Shown here: piece after piece, positions 28,677 to 42,625 of the stretch | How positions within the stretch are numbered: the stretch's first letter is position 1 | How the letters are laid out: each line of letters begins with the position of its first letter | Source: the human T2T-CHM13v2.0 reference genome, Homo sapiens | Assembly (NCBI RefSeq): GCF_009914755.1 | Contig: NC_060937.1 | Strand: one strand, 5' to 3' | DNA: 64,000 nt | The notes under the pieces: generated by a model | What the model saw: only the letters and a program-made list of their open reading frames with translations | The model's database searches: none | What the model was told of the DNA's origin: nothing | Program-made: the position numbers and the translations under genes

Positions 28677-29264
28677 GCATAAACAGTCCAGGTCTTAGTC
28701 ATTTACTCTTACATCCAACTTCTTGTTGTCATTTCTGTCTGGGATATTTTAATTCTTCCAATTAAAGTGTCTGGTACAGAATCCTTTATTTCGGTAATGT
28801 CATTACCATATACCTTATTTCACAAGTTAGGGTTTGTCATTTATCTTTGCCTCCATCCTTTCCCCTGCAATATCCTTCACTCATTCAGACCACCAGCATT
28901 TCTTGCATTGTAATTCCTTTGTCCTTCTCCAGTCTGGTACCATGAGAGATACATGATCATGAGAAGATATCCTTGAAATGAGAAGATAGGCACGAAATAC
29001 TAGCCATCAGTTCTAAGATTAACAACAAAAAAAAATAGCTTCTCTAACAAGACATAGAGGTCTCTCAGTGACTTGGATCTGGCCCAGTGATTTGCATCCT
29101 GCCAATATTAGTAAACTCATCTTTTTTGTCCCTTAGCTGACACGTTAGGAACCTGTACAGTAGATTTTGTATAGTTTTCAGACAAACGTTGTTTTCTGCA
29201 ATACTCATTCATTTATTTATTATGTTGGAAAATACAAATTTGCCATTATACAGAGCTTCATTTG

Positions 29265-30015
29265 GTCTTCGCTTTCTCTCTTTCTTCCCAAAATATTCTT
29301 CCTCCCTACCCTAGCTGGTTGAATTTCTATCATTATTTAATCCACATCAGGTGTCACTTCACTGATTCTCTTACATGTCTACATCTGATGACTCATTCAT
29401 CAGGTGTCATTCTCTTGGACTCTCTTACATATCTACATCTCTAACTCTGTATTTGTTATTGTATTAGTCAGAGTGCTCCAGAGAAACAGAAACAACAGGA
29501 TATCGAGAGAGAGGAGAGACTTGTTATAGGAATTGGCTCATTTGATTATGGAGGCTGCAAATCTAAAATCTGCAGTGTGGGCTGGCATGCTCAATACCCA
29601 GGAGACCAGGTGGCACACTCCCAGTCCAAAGGCAGGCAGGCAGAGACACAGGACAATCTAAAAGTGCAGATAAAGTCTAACAGCAATTTGCTGGAGAATT
29701 CCTAGCTTGGGAGGGTGGTATTTTAGTTGTGTTCAGGCCTTCAATTGATTGCATAAGGCCCAGTGATATCATGCAGGGAAATCTGCTGACTCTGACTTGA
29801 GTTTCACAAATAAAATGTTAACCTCATCCAAAAACATCTTCCAAGTTGACACATAAAATTAACCATCACAGGTATATATTTTAATAATTGCGTATCAGCC
29901 TTCTTTATGGTCCAACAATATTTGTGATTGCAAACATTTTGTTTTTCTTATTTTATGACAAAATTAGTGAAAAAAAGTCATACATTGTAGGTGATGAATA
30001 AGTGGTTATTAAATT
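29265..30015 (+). mobile_element. L2 remnant split by an MLT2 LTR
   Basis: Degenerate L2 3' motifs (...CATCAGGTGTCACTTC...; ...CATTGTAGGTGATGAATAAGTGGTTATTAAAT). Confidence 0.45.
29460..29870 (-). mobile_element. MLT2 (MLT2C-like) ERVL solo LTR
   Basis: TGTATTAGTCAGAGTGCTCCAGAGAAACAGAA...GTTGACACATAAAATTAACCATCACA; 5-bp TSD GTTAT/GGTAT. Confidence 0.9.
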
Positions 30016-31819
30016 ATTGCAGAGGTTTATCAAGTTTCTCTAAATCTAAAATTATTCCGACATGAAAACCTCACTTGACTTATTGCTACCTTCTCTCTAA
30101 ACATGAATACATTGTTCCAAGTACTCAATTTCCATATACTATTGCACCTTCCAGCAGGCTACATGAAAGAGTTCATACATATTTGACACAATGGAAAGAG
30201 TTTGGCTAGTTACCAATTATTCTGGATTTCAATTACCAGGGCACATAAATAGAGACACTACAAATACCTTGCATGCTTATTATCATGTAAATTTTTCTAC
30301 AGGGCCTGCAATGTTGTCTTTGTATTATAGATATCTCCTCCACCCTGTACAACTAACTCCCTTATATCATGTTAATATTCTATCTAGTGAGTTTCAGGTT
30401 AATTTAGTGTTGTTGGTTAAAGTAAATGGAAAACATGTGCAATGATTGATAGGTATAGTGGATTATCAAAGAACAGTGAGTTTCTGAGAATCTCAAATTA
30501 AAATATTAAGAATATTAGGCAATGGCATATGTGTAATGAAAAGAAAAATAAAAAATATATGCAGAATCACTGATAGTTAATGATTTTCAATTTTGAGGTA
30601 AAAGACATTTATTTTCTCCACTGTGTAGTTCTTTAATATTTAATCTTATAACATGAGCCTGTATTACTTTTTATACAAATACATGTTTGTGATGGGAAAT
30701 ATAGTAAACAGTTTGAAAGATTATCATTCACCTTTACAAAAAGCATCTTACGCAAAGTAAGAGGTATGATTAGCATGGGCAAGACTTCTTTCATTCACTC
30801 TTTAAAGAAATAGAGTTTACACAAGCAGTTTTATTAGAATTACCAGTTAGATTTGTGTATCTATCTATCTCATATGTACACACATACATACATATATATG
30901 TATGTGTATATTTCTATCGTGTATATGTATATATATATATATTTCTGTCATATATAATATATAAGAAAAAATGAAAGTAATCTGAGTTGTAATCATTTTT
31001 CTACTGACCTTAATATGTAAAAAAAATTGGTAATAAATAAATTAGTGAATAATCATGACAGTCTTTATTTTTATAATAGTCAAGATTTCAAGATTTGAAT
31101 ATGCTATTAAATCTATAGGTGAACTATGTATAAATTTTGGGGCATCTCCGTTGAATAATTTTATGGTTATAAAATTAATAAGTCAGTAACTAATATCGAA
31201 TTATTTTTTAAAACCCTTTTCAAGTAAATATATTCATATATCAGAAAGATAATGCAAACTATACATGCCACATAGGCTTTCAACTTTTAGAATCTGCATT
31301 CTGAAGAATGTTCATGAATGAAAAGTTTCTAGGTATAAATAGAAAAAGGAAACACTAAATATTTAAATGAAGCCAACTTGTCATTTTCAGGCAGAAGGTA
31401 TGGCCTAAAAGAGAAAAAACTGCATCTGTATGTTTGAGGCACATTCCTCTCATTCTGAAGTGTCTCAGCTGCTGTTTTTCAAAGCTGATGTGAAAGACAA
31501 CAGAAAGTAGAGTGGTGACATAAATGGGTTGGGGAATTTATAAAAGGAAGGTGACATTTAGTCCTAGAATTTCTTTTGGTGCACTCGTCCTGCTATGCTT
31601 CGTGTAGAATTTTATTTTAATTCAGACACCTCAGAGTAAAGTATTCAGCTCTTAAATTTGTGTTTCTAGAAAATATTTTGTAAATATTTTAAAACATTTT
31701 TCTGTTTCTTCCTTAACAGCTACATAAATTGTGCATATAAGACAATTTCTAATCTCTGTCTGATCATTTACAAGCTAAAGCTACATATGCTAATATTTCC
31801 CACGGTGACAATGGCTACA

Positions 31820-32280
31820 AAATTGGAGTCATGCCAAACTTCATTTTAGTTCTGACTGTGTCACTTACTAATTGTGCGATTAATAGTAAAATTCAAATTC
31901 TCTAGTCCTCAATTTCCTCACTTGAAAACAGTAATCTTTTTTCTAGAGGAAACATTTGTCTTAATGTCTAACACAATAAAAAGTTCAAGGAATGCATTTT
32001 GTGAACTTCGGTCATTCAAAAACCATTAATTGGATACACAGATCCCATGCCAGATGATAGAAATACACCTCTGAAAAATAAAGACATGGTTTCTGTCTTC
32101 TGGGACCTAATGCATTTGCATACCTCAAGTTATGAAATACAGAGCAATAATTGTATTATTTATGTCTCTGTAAAATACAGAGACAATAATAATACCTACT
32201 TCAGCTACTATGAGGATTAAATAATATACCAGGCACCTGGAAATAATTACATGCCTGGTACATTTTCTGTTTATTATTAA
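31820..32280. mobile_element. MIR and L2 remnants
   Basis: CCTCAATTTCCTCACTTGAAAA (MIR), AAAGACATGGTTTCTGTCTTC (L2, minus), ATAATAATACCTACTTCAGCTACTATGAGGATTAAATAA (MIR). Confidence 0.55.
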
Positions 32281-32421
32281 TGCCATCTGTCTTCTCTACA
32301 TCTCTAATGCTGCCTTCAATATGCTCTTCCCAAAATTAAAATCTGTATAGTTATCTTTTATTATAATTAGAAAAGAATTATTTGGAGAATAAACTTGATT
32401 TATATAAACAGCGAGGGTTAA

Positions 32422-33295
<874 letters not shown>

Positions 33296-34465
33296 AAAAA
33301 GTCATTCAGGTGACAGAAAATGTATTCTACACAAATTTGGGCCTATAGAAAAATTCAAAACATTGGAAAATATATGAAAAATATAGACAAAAAAATTGGA
33401 AAATATGTAAAATATATATATACTGTGTCCAGTTTCTTAATTTATTTGAAGATAATGAAATATGTAAATCAAACATTATGGCAGTGTATTGCAGAGTTTA
33501 TAACATATGTAAAAGTAAAGTGTACAATGATACTAGCACAAAGGGTGAGAGATAAGATAAAATTTTAAAATTCTTACAACAAATATGACAAGGTAAAATA
33601 TGATTTTAAGGTAGACCGATAAATTAAAGATGCTAACTGTAAACATTAGAGAAACTATGGAAAATTTAAAACCTAAATAAATATCTAACGAGTAGGGGAA
33701 ATATAAAATACAAAAAATAATCAATGTATCAAAAACAGAGGAGGAAGAGAGAAAAGTCACCAAGGACAGAATAGACAAATAGAAAACAACAAAATTAGAC
33801 TTAAATATAATCATATCAATAACTATGTTAAATGTAATTTAATAGTACACCACAATTAAAAAAACAAATTTTGGATTGTATTTGTTTTCTAAAAAGCAAG
33901 GCTCAATAATATACTGCTCATAATAAAGATCTGTGATATGCAAAAAAGATGGGTCATGTCACATATTTCATGTCACATATTACTATGAGACAATAACGAA
34001 TTTACTCCATGTACATCAAAAAGTGATTTATCATTAGTCATTAAGGAAATACCAATTTAAGCCACAATGATATGCCACTCTACAGTGACCATAATGGTTA
34101 AAATTTGTTAAAAAAAGCAAAATGACAAAAAATTATTGTAAGAATGTAGAGGATATAGAAATATCATTAATTGCTAATAAGAGTGTAAAATTGTACAAAT
34201 ACTTTAAATATTACTCTGACATTCTTTGTCACATAAATTTACACAACCCTATGAATCAGAAATTCTATGTGTAATTATTTCCCAAGATAAATTGAATCAG
34301 ATGCACACACAGAGGCACAGAGATATATAAATGTTCAAAGCTACTTTATTTTGTTAAGAGTGTGGGATACGTGAATATATGACTTTTTAAACCCTTACAT
34401 AGATTTTTATATTTAAGATCTGTTTGTGGCACTATGTACAAATGATACGTCGATAAAAATTAATA
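33296..34465 (+). mobile_element. Old L1M fragments (ORF1 end/ORF2 start, then 3' region)
   Basis: GACTTAAATATAATCATATCAATAACTATGTTAAATGTAA (ORF2 start-like); CATTAGTCATTAAGGAAATACCAATTTAAGCCACAATGATATGCCAC. Confidence 0.7.
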
Positions 34466-35748
34466 ATTTTTAAAGAAATAATTTTGAGGGAAATATAACT
34501 TAGCTAATATCATTCTTGCTTTTGCATTTTTCCTGCTTTAATTCCCTCTTTTCTCAGATATCTGGGAAGAAAAGACTAGCTAGCAAGCATAATAAATCAG
34601 AAACTTTGAATTATTAGCTACTTTATTTCAAAAGTAATTGAATAATATTTTTATCACATATACGGAAAGGTTCCTTGAAGTGACAAAGCTATAATCTTAT
34701 TGCCCGTTACACTCACACTGTTAGGCTCTCCTTGAATAAGCATTAGCTCTGAAGAATCATTACTGTATGAATAAAACTTGACATTGAGTTTTAGGACACT
34801 TGTAATTTCCTACGCAAACACAGGGCTTATAGTATTGCTAACACAAGTTTGCATTTATTCTGCTGGCCAGGGTACTGGCAATTTTCCTTAATTATAAAAT
34901 ATCCTTATGTTTAGAGCATAATGTACATATGGACAAGGCAAAATGTTAGCAATTAATCCTTAAGTAGAAAGCCATGTGGATACAATGCATCGTGAGTTAT
35001 TGTATGCTATTGCAAATCCCACAAAGGGGCTCTAGCATCAAGAGGTTCAAAATAACTGGCTTTGAACAAATAGTTAAAATTAATATAAAGTGTACTGCCA
35101 TTGGCACCTAGTGTGCACTGCAAGAACCATTTTAGACAAATGCTTAGTCTAATCTCATACCAACTATAAATCATGAACTTTTCTCTTTTGAACTCTATTG
35201 AACTGTGGCTTTATTTTCTAGTGAGCAATTTCAACATTCTTACAATTAAAACTGTGAAGAAATGGCATATAGGCATAAAGAAGATTAAGCCATTTGTTGA
35301 GGTTGTTAATGATCTGTTTTCTATACCAGTCTCTCATTGGTGATGGTCTGATATTTTTACAAAACTTAGGATCGATCAACTTCTTCCCTCTTAAGACTAT
35401 AGCTAGTTCATATTTATTCATTGGTATTTTTTTTTCAAATGTAAGGTTCTAAGAGTAGAACTCAGTGTTCTATGTACACATGGCAGATATTATTTCTCAA
35501 ATTATAAATAAAATATTTTCTATATGATGCTAAAACAGTATTTATATGAGGTATACCTATTCAGGCATAATACAATATGTGAGGATATTTTATATGACAA
35601 AGATTTTTAAGAAGTAGAGATGAAGATTAAAAGAATAGCATACAGAAATATTATTTTAAGGTGCAAATTTACTTAATAACATACACAGAAAATTGAATTA
35701 AAAATGTAATCATTGCTTTATGTTTACTTTTCTAAGATGGTTGGTCAT

Positions 35749-36214
35749 CATATTAGTTTCCTAATACTGCTATAACAAAAAAATCAATAGGGTGACTTCA
35801 AACAACAAAAAACGTATTCTCTCATGCTTGTGGAAGCCAGAAATCCTAAATCAAGCTATTGACACAAGCTATACTCTCTGAGATTTGAGGGAATAATTTG
35901 TTTTGTTCTTCTCTCCTAGCTTCTGGTGGCTTCCAGTAATGCTTGGTGCTCCTTGGTTTGTAGTTTCATCTCTCCAATATACCTTCATTTTCACATTCCC
36001 TCCTCAATCTCTCTGTGTATGTGTGTGTGCCAATGTGTGTATGTCCAAATTTCTCTAAGGATGCCAGTCATACTGGATTTAGGGCCCACCCTAACCAAGT
36101 AGAGTGTCATCCTAACTTGATTACATCTGCAAAAACCTTATTTCCACATAAGATCACATTCAAAGATTTCCAGGGAAAAAAAAAATTTTAGGAAACACTA
36201 TTAAACCCCACACA
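35749..36214 (-). mobile_element. MLT1C-like MaLR solo LTR
   Basis: TATTAGTTTCCTAATACTGCTATAACAAA...CCAGTCATACTGGATTTAGGGCCCACCCTAA...TGATTACATCTGCAAAAACCTTATTTCC...; about 466 bp. Confidence 0.88.
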
Positions 36215-36949
36215 AACAGAAAAAAATGAAGCTCTTCTTGTTAGTATCGTGGTGAGTATTCCCACCTGTCATCAACAATAAAAAGTATTTTTAATGTCAT
36301 TTCACTTTAGATGTTTATTCTAATTCAACTCAGTAAATGAAGTATGCCACTTAATAATTTATTTACTGTTTTAGTCACAAATACTTACAGAATACCTATT
36401 CGGTGATACTCACTGTGGTAGCCACTGGTGATTTAAAAAACAGTAAAAGAAAAACAAACCTAGAGATCGACAATAATAAAAAACACACAAGCTATTAATA
36501 TTTGTCTTACATATATTGACTTTGACAAATGGATTTGATGCCATGTTGCTAAATGTAGAGTGCCTAATGACAATAATAATGTCATTTCAACAAAGGATAT
36601 CTTCCTTGCATGATCCAATGTCATTTCATATGGGCCCTTGACTCCCACATGTCAGTTTCCTGGGTTCTGGCAGTGAACAAATGATCAACCATAGCAATAA
36701 CAATTTAGTCATAGACATACTGACAATCTGATGGTATTGTAATAGTATTTAGTTAGAAGAAAAAGATTACTCAAATTATTCCCTAAAACATAGCACCCTG
36801 TATGTGATTACTATAGGCAAAATATACAAAAAGAAATAAGCAATATCAGCATCTGTTACCTGACTAGTTTTCAACCTCAAATTCTAATACGTAAATTTCT
36901 GAACTAGCTGATTTTCAGCATATTTTTCCCATCATAAAATAATTATCTA

Positions 36950-37113
36950 TGAGAATCACCATATTTGGATTATCTTCAATGCTTGTTAAACAGACATTCT
37001 TTGGCCTAAAACAACTAATTTATTGATTCAGAATCTTTGTGTATATTTATAAGCATTTGCATTTAATTCTGTTCTCTAACAGAGTCTTACATTAAAGTCT
37101 AAGAACCATTGCT
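36950..37113. mobile_element. MER5-like hAT remnant
   Basis: GCTTGTTAAACAGACATTC...GATTCAGAATCT...TTTGCATTT...AAAGTCTAAGAACCATTGC. Confidence 0.55.
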
Positions 37114-38351
37114 ATAGCCCGTAAACATCATTACTAAGAAGGAAAATAATTTCTTTCAACAAGAAGGATTATAGAATAAAAGATTTAAATGAAGCAGAAG
37201 GATTAATAGAAGAAGGTGGAAGACTGTTCGAGTTACTACAAATAACAGCAAGAACAATAATTGTGGGGTGGGTAAATAGAATTTTTAAGGAAAGTCATCT
37301 AAAATCTTTGTTGGTGAAATAAAATGCCCAAAAAACAGAGTCAAAAATTGCTGAAATGTTCATCTTAGCTATAGGCAAAGTACATAGGCAAACAAATTTT
37401 TATTTTGGCGCTGAGATTTATTAGTATTATGACATTTTCTTGATGCCTGATCAATTTTCCTCCTTAGAAGTGTAATTTTTCTTCTTAGAAGTACTATCGT
37501 TGGAGAATATAGAACAAAAATTTATGAGCTTCTTCTAGTGGCTATAACCTTGTTCAGGGAAACACTTTTTACAGAAAATTATGAGAAGCATCTAAATATT
37601 TATCTTGAAATTTGGGATCAAGAGAAATCAAGGGAAAATACTATATTTGACTTATGTTACCTAGGCCTGCAAAATTGTTTTCCCAAGTTACATTTCTGTA
37701 TTATATACAGCAAAAATATCTCCTTTTTCAGAATGCAGAGCAAAGAAAAGATGAGTGAAATTCTAACCAAGTTTATATGTTGCAAATGTGAGTCGACTGG
37801 GGGGATTTTCAAGTGAATGGACAATCTAAATTATTGTCCACTGCTTGTGGAAACATACCCAAATCTTTTGTAAAGACCTTTTTTATCTGCTCCTTGTCTA
37901 TGTTTCTTAACTGTGTTGTTTAGTTATCTCTATATTCACCTTATCATCTTAGCATATTAAAGTTAGCCCTAACTTTCACCCAAGCACAGGGTATTTACAT
38001 TGCCTTGAAGGTCTTTTTCCAGTTGCCTAGATTATGAGCTGCACATTTTTAATGGTTCCACTCTAAAGACAAATCTTTAGACAATCTTTCTACATCATTG
38101 CAAATGTAAACTATGCATATTTCTTTACATACTCATATTTTCCCTTTTTGCTACCTCCGTTATAACTTACACTTTTCCCTTAAATAATGGGAGTTATTAA
38201 CAAATCTCACTTCCCAGGTAGACTATTTTGGAAGGTAGATTCACTTTCTTTATTTTGGCCCCAGAGATTGCATCATAGTAACTGCAAACAATGTTAAACT
38301 TTATGTGCAGCCTATTCTGCAGAATATTAATAGCCCAATACCTTTGTGTTC

Positions 38352-39390
38352 TGGAAAGAGGTTATGGCAAACAATCATCCTTCTTAACAAGATTTAGGTA
38401 AAACTCACTGACACCTTATTGACCTCTAACAAAGCTAGACACAGAACCTCCAAATTTCCATTATTTATCTCATAAATGATTAGCTGAACTACTTGTCTGT
38501 AGGAGTTCAGTCAGGGTAGTGGGAAAAATTTTAAAAGTTATAGAGAAAGACGCAAACTTTCTTGGAAGGCTGGGAGGTTTTGCAAAAGCTTCCAAAGATA
38601 ATTTGGCTGAAGGCAACAAAATTCTCTTATCTGGAGCCTGAGAACAAAAGGTAGATAACAAGCAAGTGTAAAGGAATTGATCTAGGTAAGTTAGTTTACT
38701 TAGGCCTGGGAACCTGACCTTTAATCATCTGCATGTAGGACTGCTCTCTGAGGGGAGGAGGTTGTGGGGGGAACATTTTAATTACCCACAAGTGTGTTGA
38801 CTCAAAGCCTCTGTCATTAAACCTGTACTAAATAAATGCCTGCAGTGCTGGCATGTCAGGGCTGCAGCCACTGTGACTCTTTACGGCATCCTCTTCGATG
38901 TCTGTGAGTGGCCCAGTCTCCTAGCCATGCAGCTAGGCAAAAAAACCTGTGTCTGCATACATTTTTCATCCGTCGTTTGGCCAGGGTCTGTGGATCAGTC
39001 CTGGCACTTGTCTCCACTAATCAGTCAGAGAAAAATCTTGTTAGTCAAACTTAGGTTAATTTTCTCTCTTTTCCCCAGGCCACTTTACCCACCTCAACCT
39101 AAACCAAAATACAGCCCCTCCTTAAAAGCCCATCCTGAAATAGGTTGTTCTCAGAATAAAACACTCATTGCATCCTTACATTCTACTTCACCACTTATGG
39201 TTCCTTCTAGCCTGTTTACTTCTCTCCATAAAACAAAATAAAATAATAATAATAATTTTAAAAAACCCTTTTGTCTAACTTTAGAGACACTTGGAGAGGT
39301 TTCTTGGTTAGACCATTCTCCCTATTGCAAGAGTCATTTTGAATAAAGGTTCTTCTTACTTAGGTATGGAGTTTATTTTTTATTTCCTAA
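38352..39390 (+). mobile_element. MER67/MER31-group ERV1 LTR, split by LTR22
   Basis: CTCATAAATGATTAGCTGAACT...; 3' part CTCCCTATTGCAAGAGTCATTTTGAATAAAGG; continuous across the LTR22 TSD. Confidence 0.65.
38498..39006 (+). mobile_element. LTR22-type solo LTR (HERV-K HML-5 group)
   Basis: TGTAGGAGTTCAGTCAGGGTAGTGGGAAAAATT start, ...CCTGGCA end; perfect 6-bp TSD CTTGTC (38492-38497, 39007-39012); 509 bp. Confidence 0.88.
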
Positions 39391-39934
39391 TGACTAATAA
39401 ATGTGTTGATATATTGATGAATTAAAATCAACTTATTATTTACCACTACCCCTTAAAATTTTCTATATCTTCTGTTTGCATAAACATGCCATCATCAGCA
39501 TCCAAACAATAAATGTATAGTGACCTTTAATTTTCCTTACTCTTATATTTAACCTGTACCTCTATTTCACTATTACTGCAAATGTTTTTCTCTTTCTAAT
39601 TCATTTCTGTTGTCTTAGTTCTGGCTATGAGAACAGAGTGGGACTCTAACTTATTCTCCCTTCTCCTTGTATGTCTTCCATTTTACATTTATTTTTGCTA
39701 TCATATTCACATTTGAAAAATAGAAATAGTTTCATGTCATAAGCTGTGGAACAATTGTAATTAGTTCTGTGTAATTTATAGAAAAGAAGTGAAAATTTCT
39801 TGGCTGAGGATACAGAGAAATCACCCACTACATCCTCTGTTTCCTTTCTGCTTTTACCTGCTACTTCTTATTAGAAAATAATTTTATGTATTTGCTGCTT
39901 ATCGTACCTTCTGGCCATTCATTATTTTTCATAG

Positions 39935-42625
39935 TTTAATTTTTAACTTCAGTTATCTTTATGAATACATAATATTTGTACATATTTATGAAGTGCATAT
40001 GATATTTTGATACAGTTATACAATGTATAATGTTCAAATCAGATTGTTTTAAATATCCATCACCTCAAACACTAATCATTTCTTTCTGTTGGGATATTTC
40101 AAATTTTATCTTCTTCTGTTGTTTTGAAATATATTGTTGTTATCCATAGTCACACAATTGATTTTTTCCCGCTATCTAACTGCATGTTTGCACTCATTAA
40201 GCACCTCTCTTCATCCCCCAACCCCACACTTTCTCAGCCTCTGTAACTATCATTCTATCATCATCTCCATGAGGTCCACATTATTAGCTACGACACATGA
40301 AAGGGAACATGTGATATTTATCTTTCTGTCCCTGGCTTATTTTACTTAACATAATGACCTCCAGTTCCATTCGTGTTGCAGCAAACTAACAGGATCATAT
40401 TATTTTTTATGGCTGAGGAATATTCTGTTGTATTTGTTTGCATTATACATTTTTTTGATGGAGACTTAGGTTGATTCTCTATCTTTCATTATTGTGAATA
40501 GCACTGCAATAGATATGGGAGAGTAGCTAATATTGATTTCTTTTCCCTTGTATAAATACCCAGTAATTGGATTGCTGGATCATGTGGTTGTTCGACTTTT
40601 ACTCTTTTGAGAAACCTCCAAGTTCTTCGTAATGGCTGCATGAATTTAAATTCCCACCAACAGTATAAAAGAGATTGCTTTCCCCCATGTCCTCTCCAGA
40701 ATTACTCATTTTTTAAAAAAAATTTTGCTGACAGCCATTCCAGCTGGGGTAAGGTAATATCTCATTATGGTTTTGATTTATATTTCCTGGGTGATTAGTG
40801 ATGTTGAATATTTTTTTCATATATTTGTTAGCCATTTGTATGTCTTCATGAATGTTAAACCCCAAATGATGAAAACCATAGAAGAAAACCTAGGCAATAC
40901 CATTCAGGACATAGGCATGGGCCCAAAATTCATGACAAAAATGCCAAAAGCAATTGCAACAAAACCCAAATAGACTAATTGGATATAATTAAACTAAACA
41001 GCTTCTGCATATCAAAAGAAATGATCATCAGAGTGAGCAGGCAACCTAAAGAATGGGAGAAAATTTTTACAATCCGCCCATCTGATAAAGGTCTGATATC
41101 CTGAATCTAAAAGGAATTTAAACTAATTTACAGGAAAAAAAAACACCCCCATCAAAAAGTGGGCAAAAAATATGAACAGACAGTCCTCAAAAGCAGACAT
41201 TTATGTGGCCAACAAACATAGAAAAAATTCTCAACATCACTGATCAATAGATAAATGAAAATCAAAACCACAATGAGTTGCCATCTCATGCCAGTCAGAA
41301 TGGCAATTATTAAATAGTCAAAATACAATAGATGCTGGCAAGGCTGTGGAAAAATAGAAATGTTTTTACACTGTTGGTAGGAATGTAAATTAGTTCAACC
41401 ATTGTGGAAGTACAGTGTGGTGATTCCTCAAGGGTCTAGAACCAGAAATACCATTTGACCCAGCAAACCCATTACTGGATCTATACTCAAAAGAATATAG
41501 ATCATTCTACTATAAAGACATATGCAGATGCATGTTTATTGCAGCACTATTTACAATAGCAAAGACATGGAATGAACCCAAATGTGCATCAGTGATAGAC
41601 TGTATAAAGAAAATGTGGTACATATACATCATGGAATACTGTGCAGCCGTAAAAAGGAATGAGATCATGTCCTTTGCAGGGACATGGATGAAGTTGGAAG
41701 ACATCATCCTCAGCAAACTAACACAGAAACAGAAAACCAAACACTGCATGTCCTCATTCATAAGTGGGAGTTGGAAAATGAGAACACATGGACGCAGGGA
41801 GGGAAACAACACACGCTGGGGCCAGTCAGAGGATGGGGGGCAAGGGGAGAGAGAGCATAAGGACAAAAAGTTAATGCATGCGGGGCTTAAAACCTAGGTG
41901 GTAGGTTGACAGGTGCAGCAAACCACCATGGCACACGTATACTAATGTAAAAAACCTACACGTTCTGCACTTCTATCCCGGAACTTAAAGTAAAATTTAA
42001 AAAATTTAAAAAACGAAAAGTGTCTACTCAGATAATTTATCCACTTTTTAGTGAGGTTATTTGTTTTCTGCTCCTGAGTTGTTGAGTTACTTATATATTT
42101 TGGATATTAGTCCTTTGTTGGATAATTAGTTTGCAAATATTTTCTTCCATTCAATGGGTTGTCTCTTCATTCTTCTGTTTCCTTTGCTACACAGAACTTT
42201 TTAGTATATAGCGAGATATATTTCACAATCTAAACAAGGGGTGGAGAATTCTGTGAGTCTTGCCTAAATCAATGAGAAGGCGTGATTGTTTATAGTAACC
42301 TGTTTCCAGAACACCAAGAGACTGTGGTATTACTATTTTGCAGGATCATATGCTTCACGTAAAGTTTAACATTGTCTGCAGCTACTAGAATACAATCTCA
42401 AGGGTCAAAATAAAGAATTAAAGTAAATCTACCTCTCAAAGTAATTAGTCTACCAAGGAAGTGACATCTGTTAATAACTTATTATGTAAACAGAGTGAGT
42501 TTTAATAGAGGTATCCAAAAGGTGAAATATGTGTGGTTTTATACTTCTGCATATAGATTTTCAGTTTTCCCAGCACCATTTACTGAAGAAGTTGTCTTTC
42601 CCTAAGTTATGTTCATGACTCTTTC
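39935..42625 (-). mobile_element. L1MA-type 3' region, interrupted by an L1PA (40851-42012) and an unidentified insert (about 42212-42534)
   Basis: Antisense terminus ATACATAATATTTGTACATATTTATG; GCCATTTGTATGTCTTC|...|GAAAAGTGTCTACTCAG; TTTTCCCAGCACCATTTACTGAAGA. Confidence 0.88.
40851..42012 (+). mobile_element. 5'-truncated L1PA (L1PA8-11-like)
   Basis: ORF2 C-terminus MFIAALFTIAKTWNEPKC...KKMWYIY (41532-41897); 3' UTR GGGGCTTAAAACCTAG...AACTTAAAGTAAAAT. Confidence 0.95.

Noticed and set aside
38062-38081. 8-bp stem hairpin TCTAAAGA-CAAA-TCTTTAGA
   Set aside because: Too short to be significant in AT-rich sequence.
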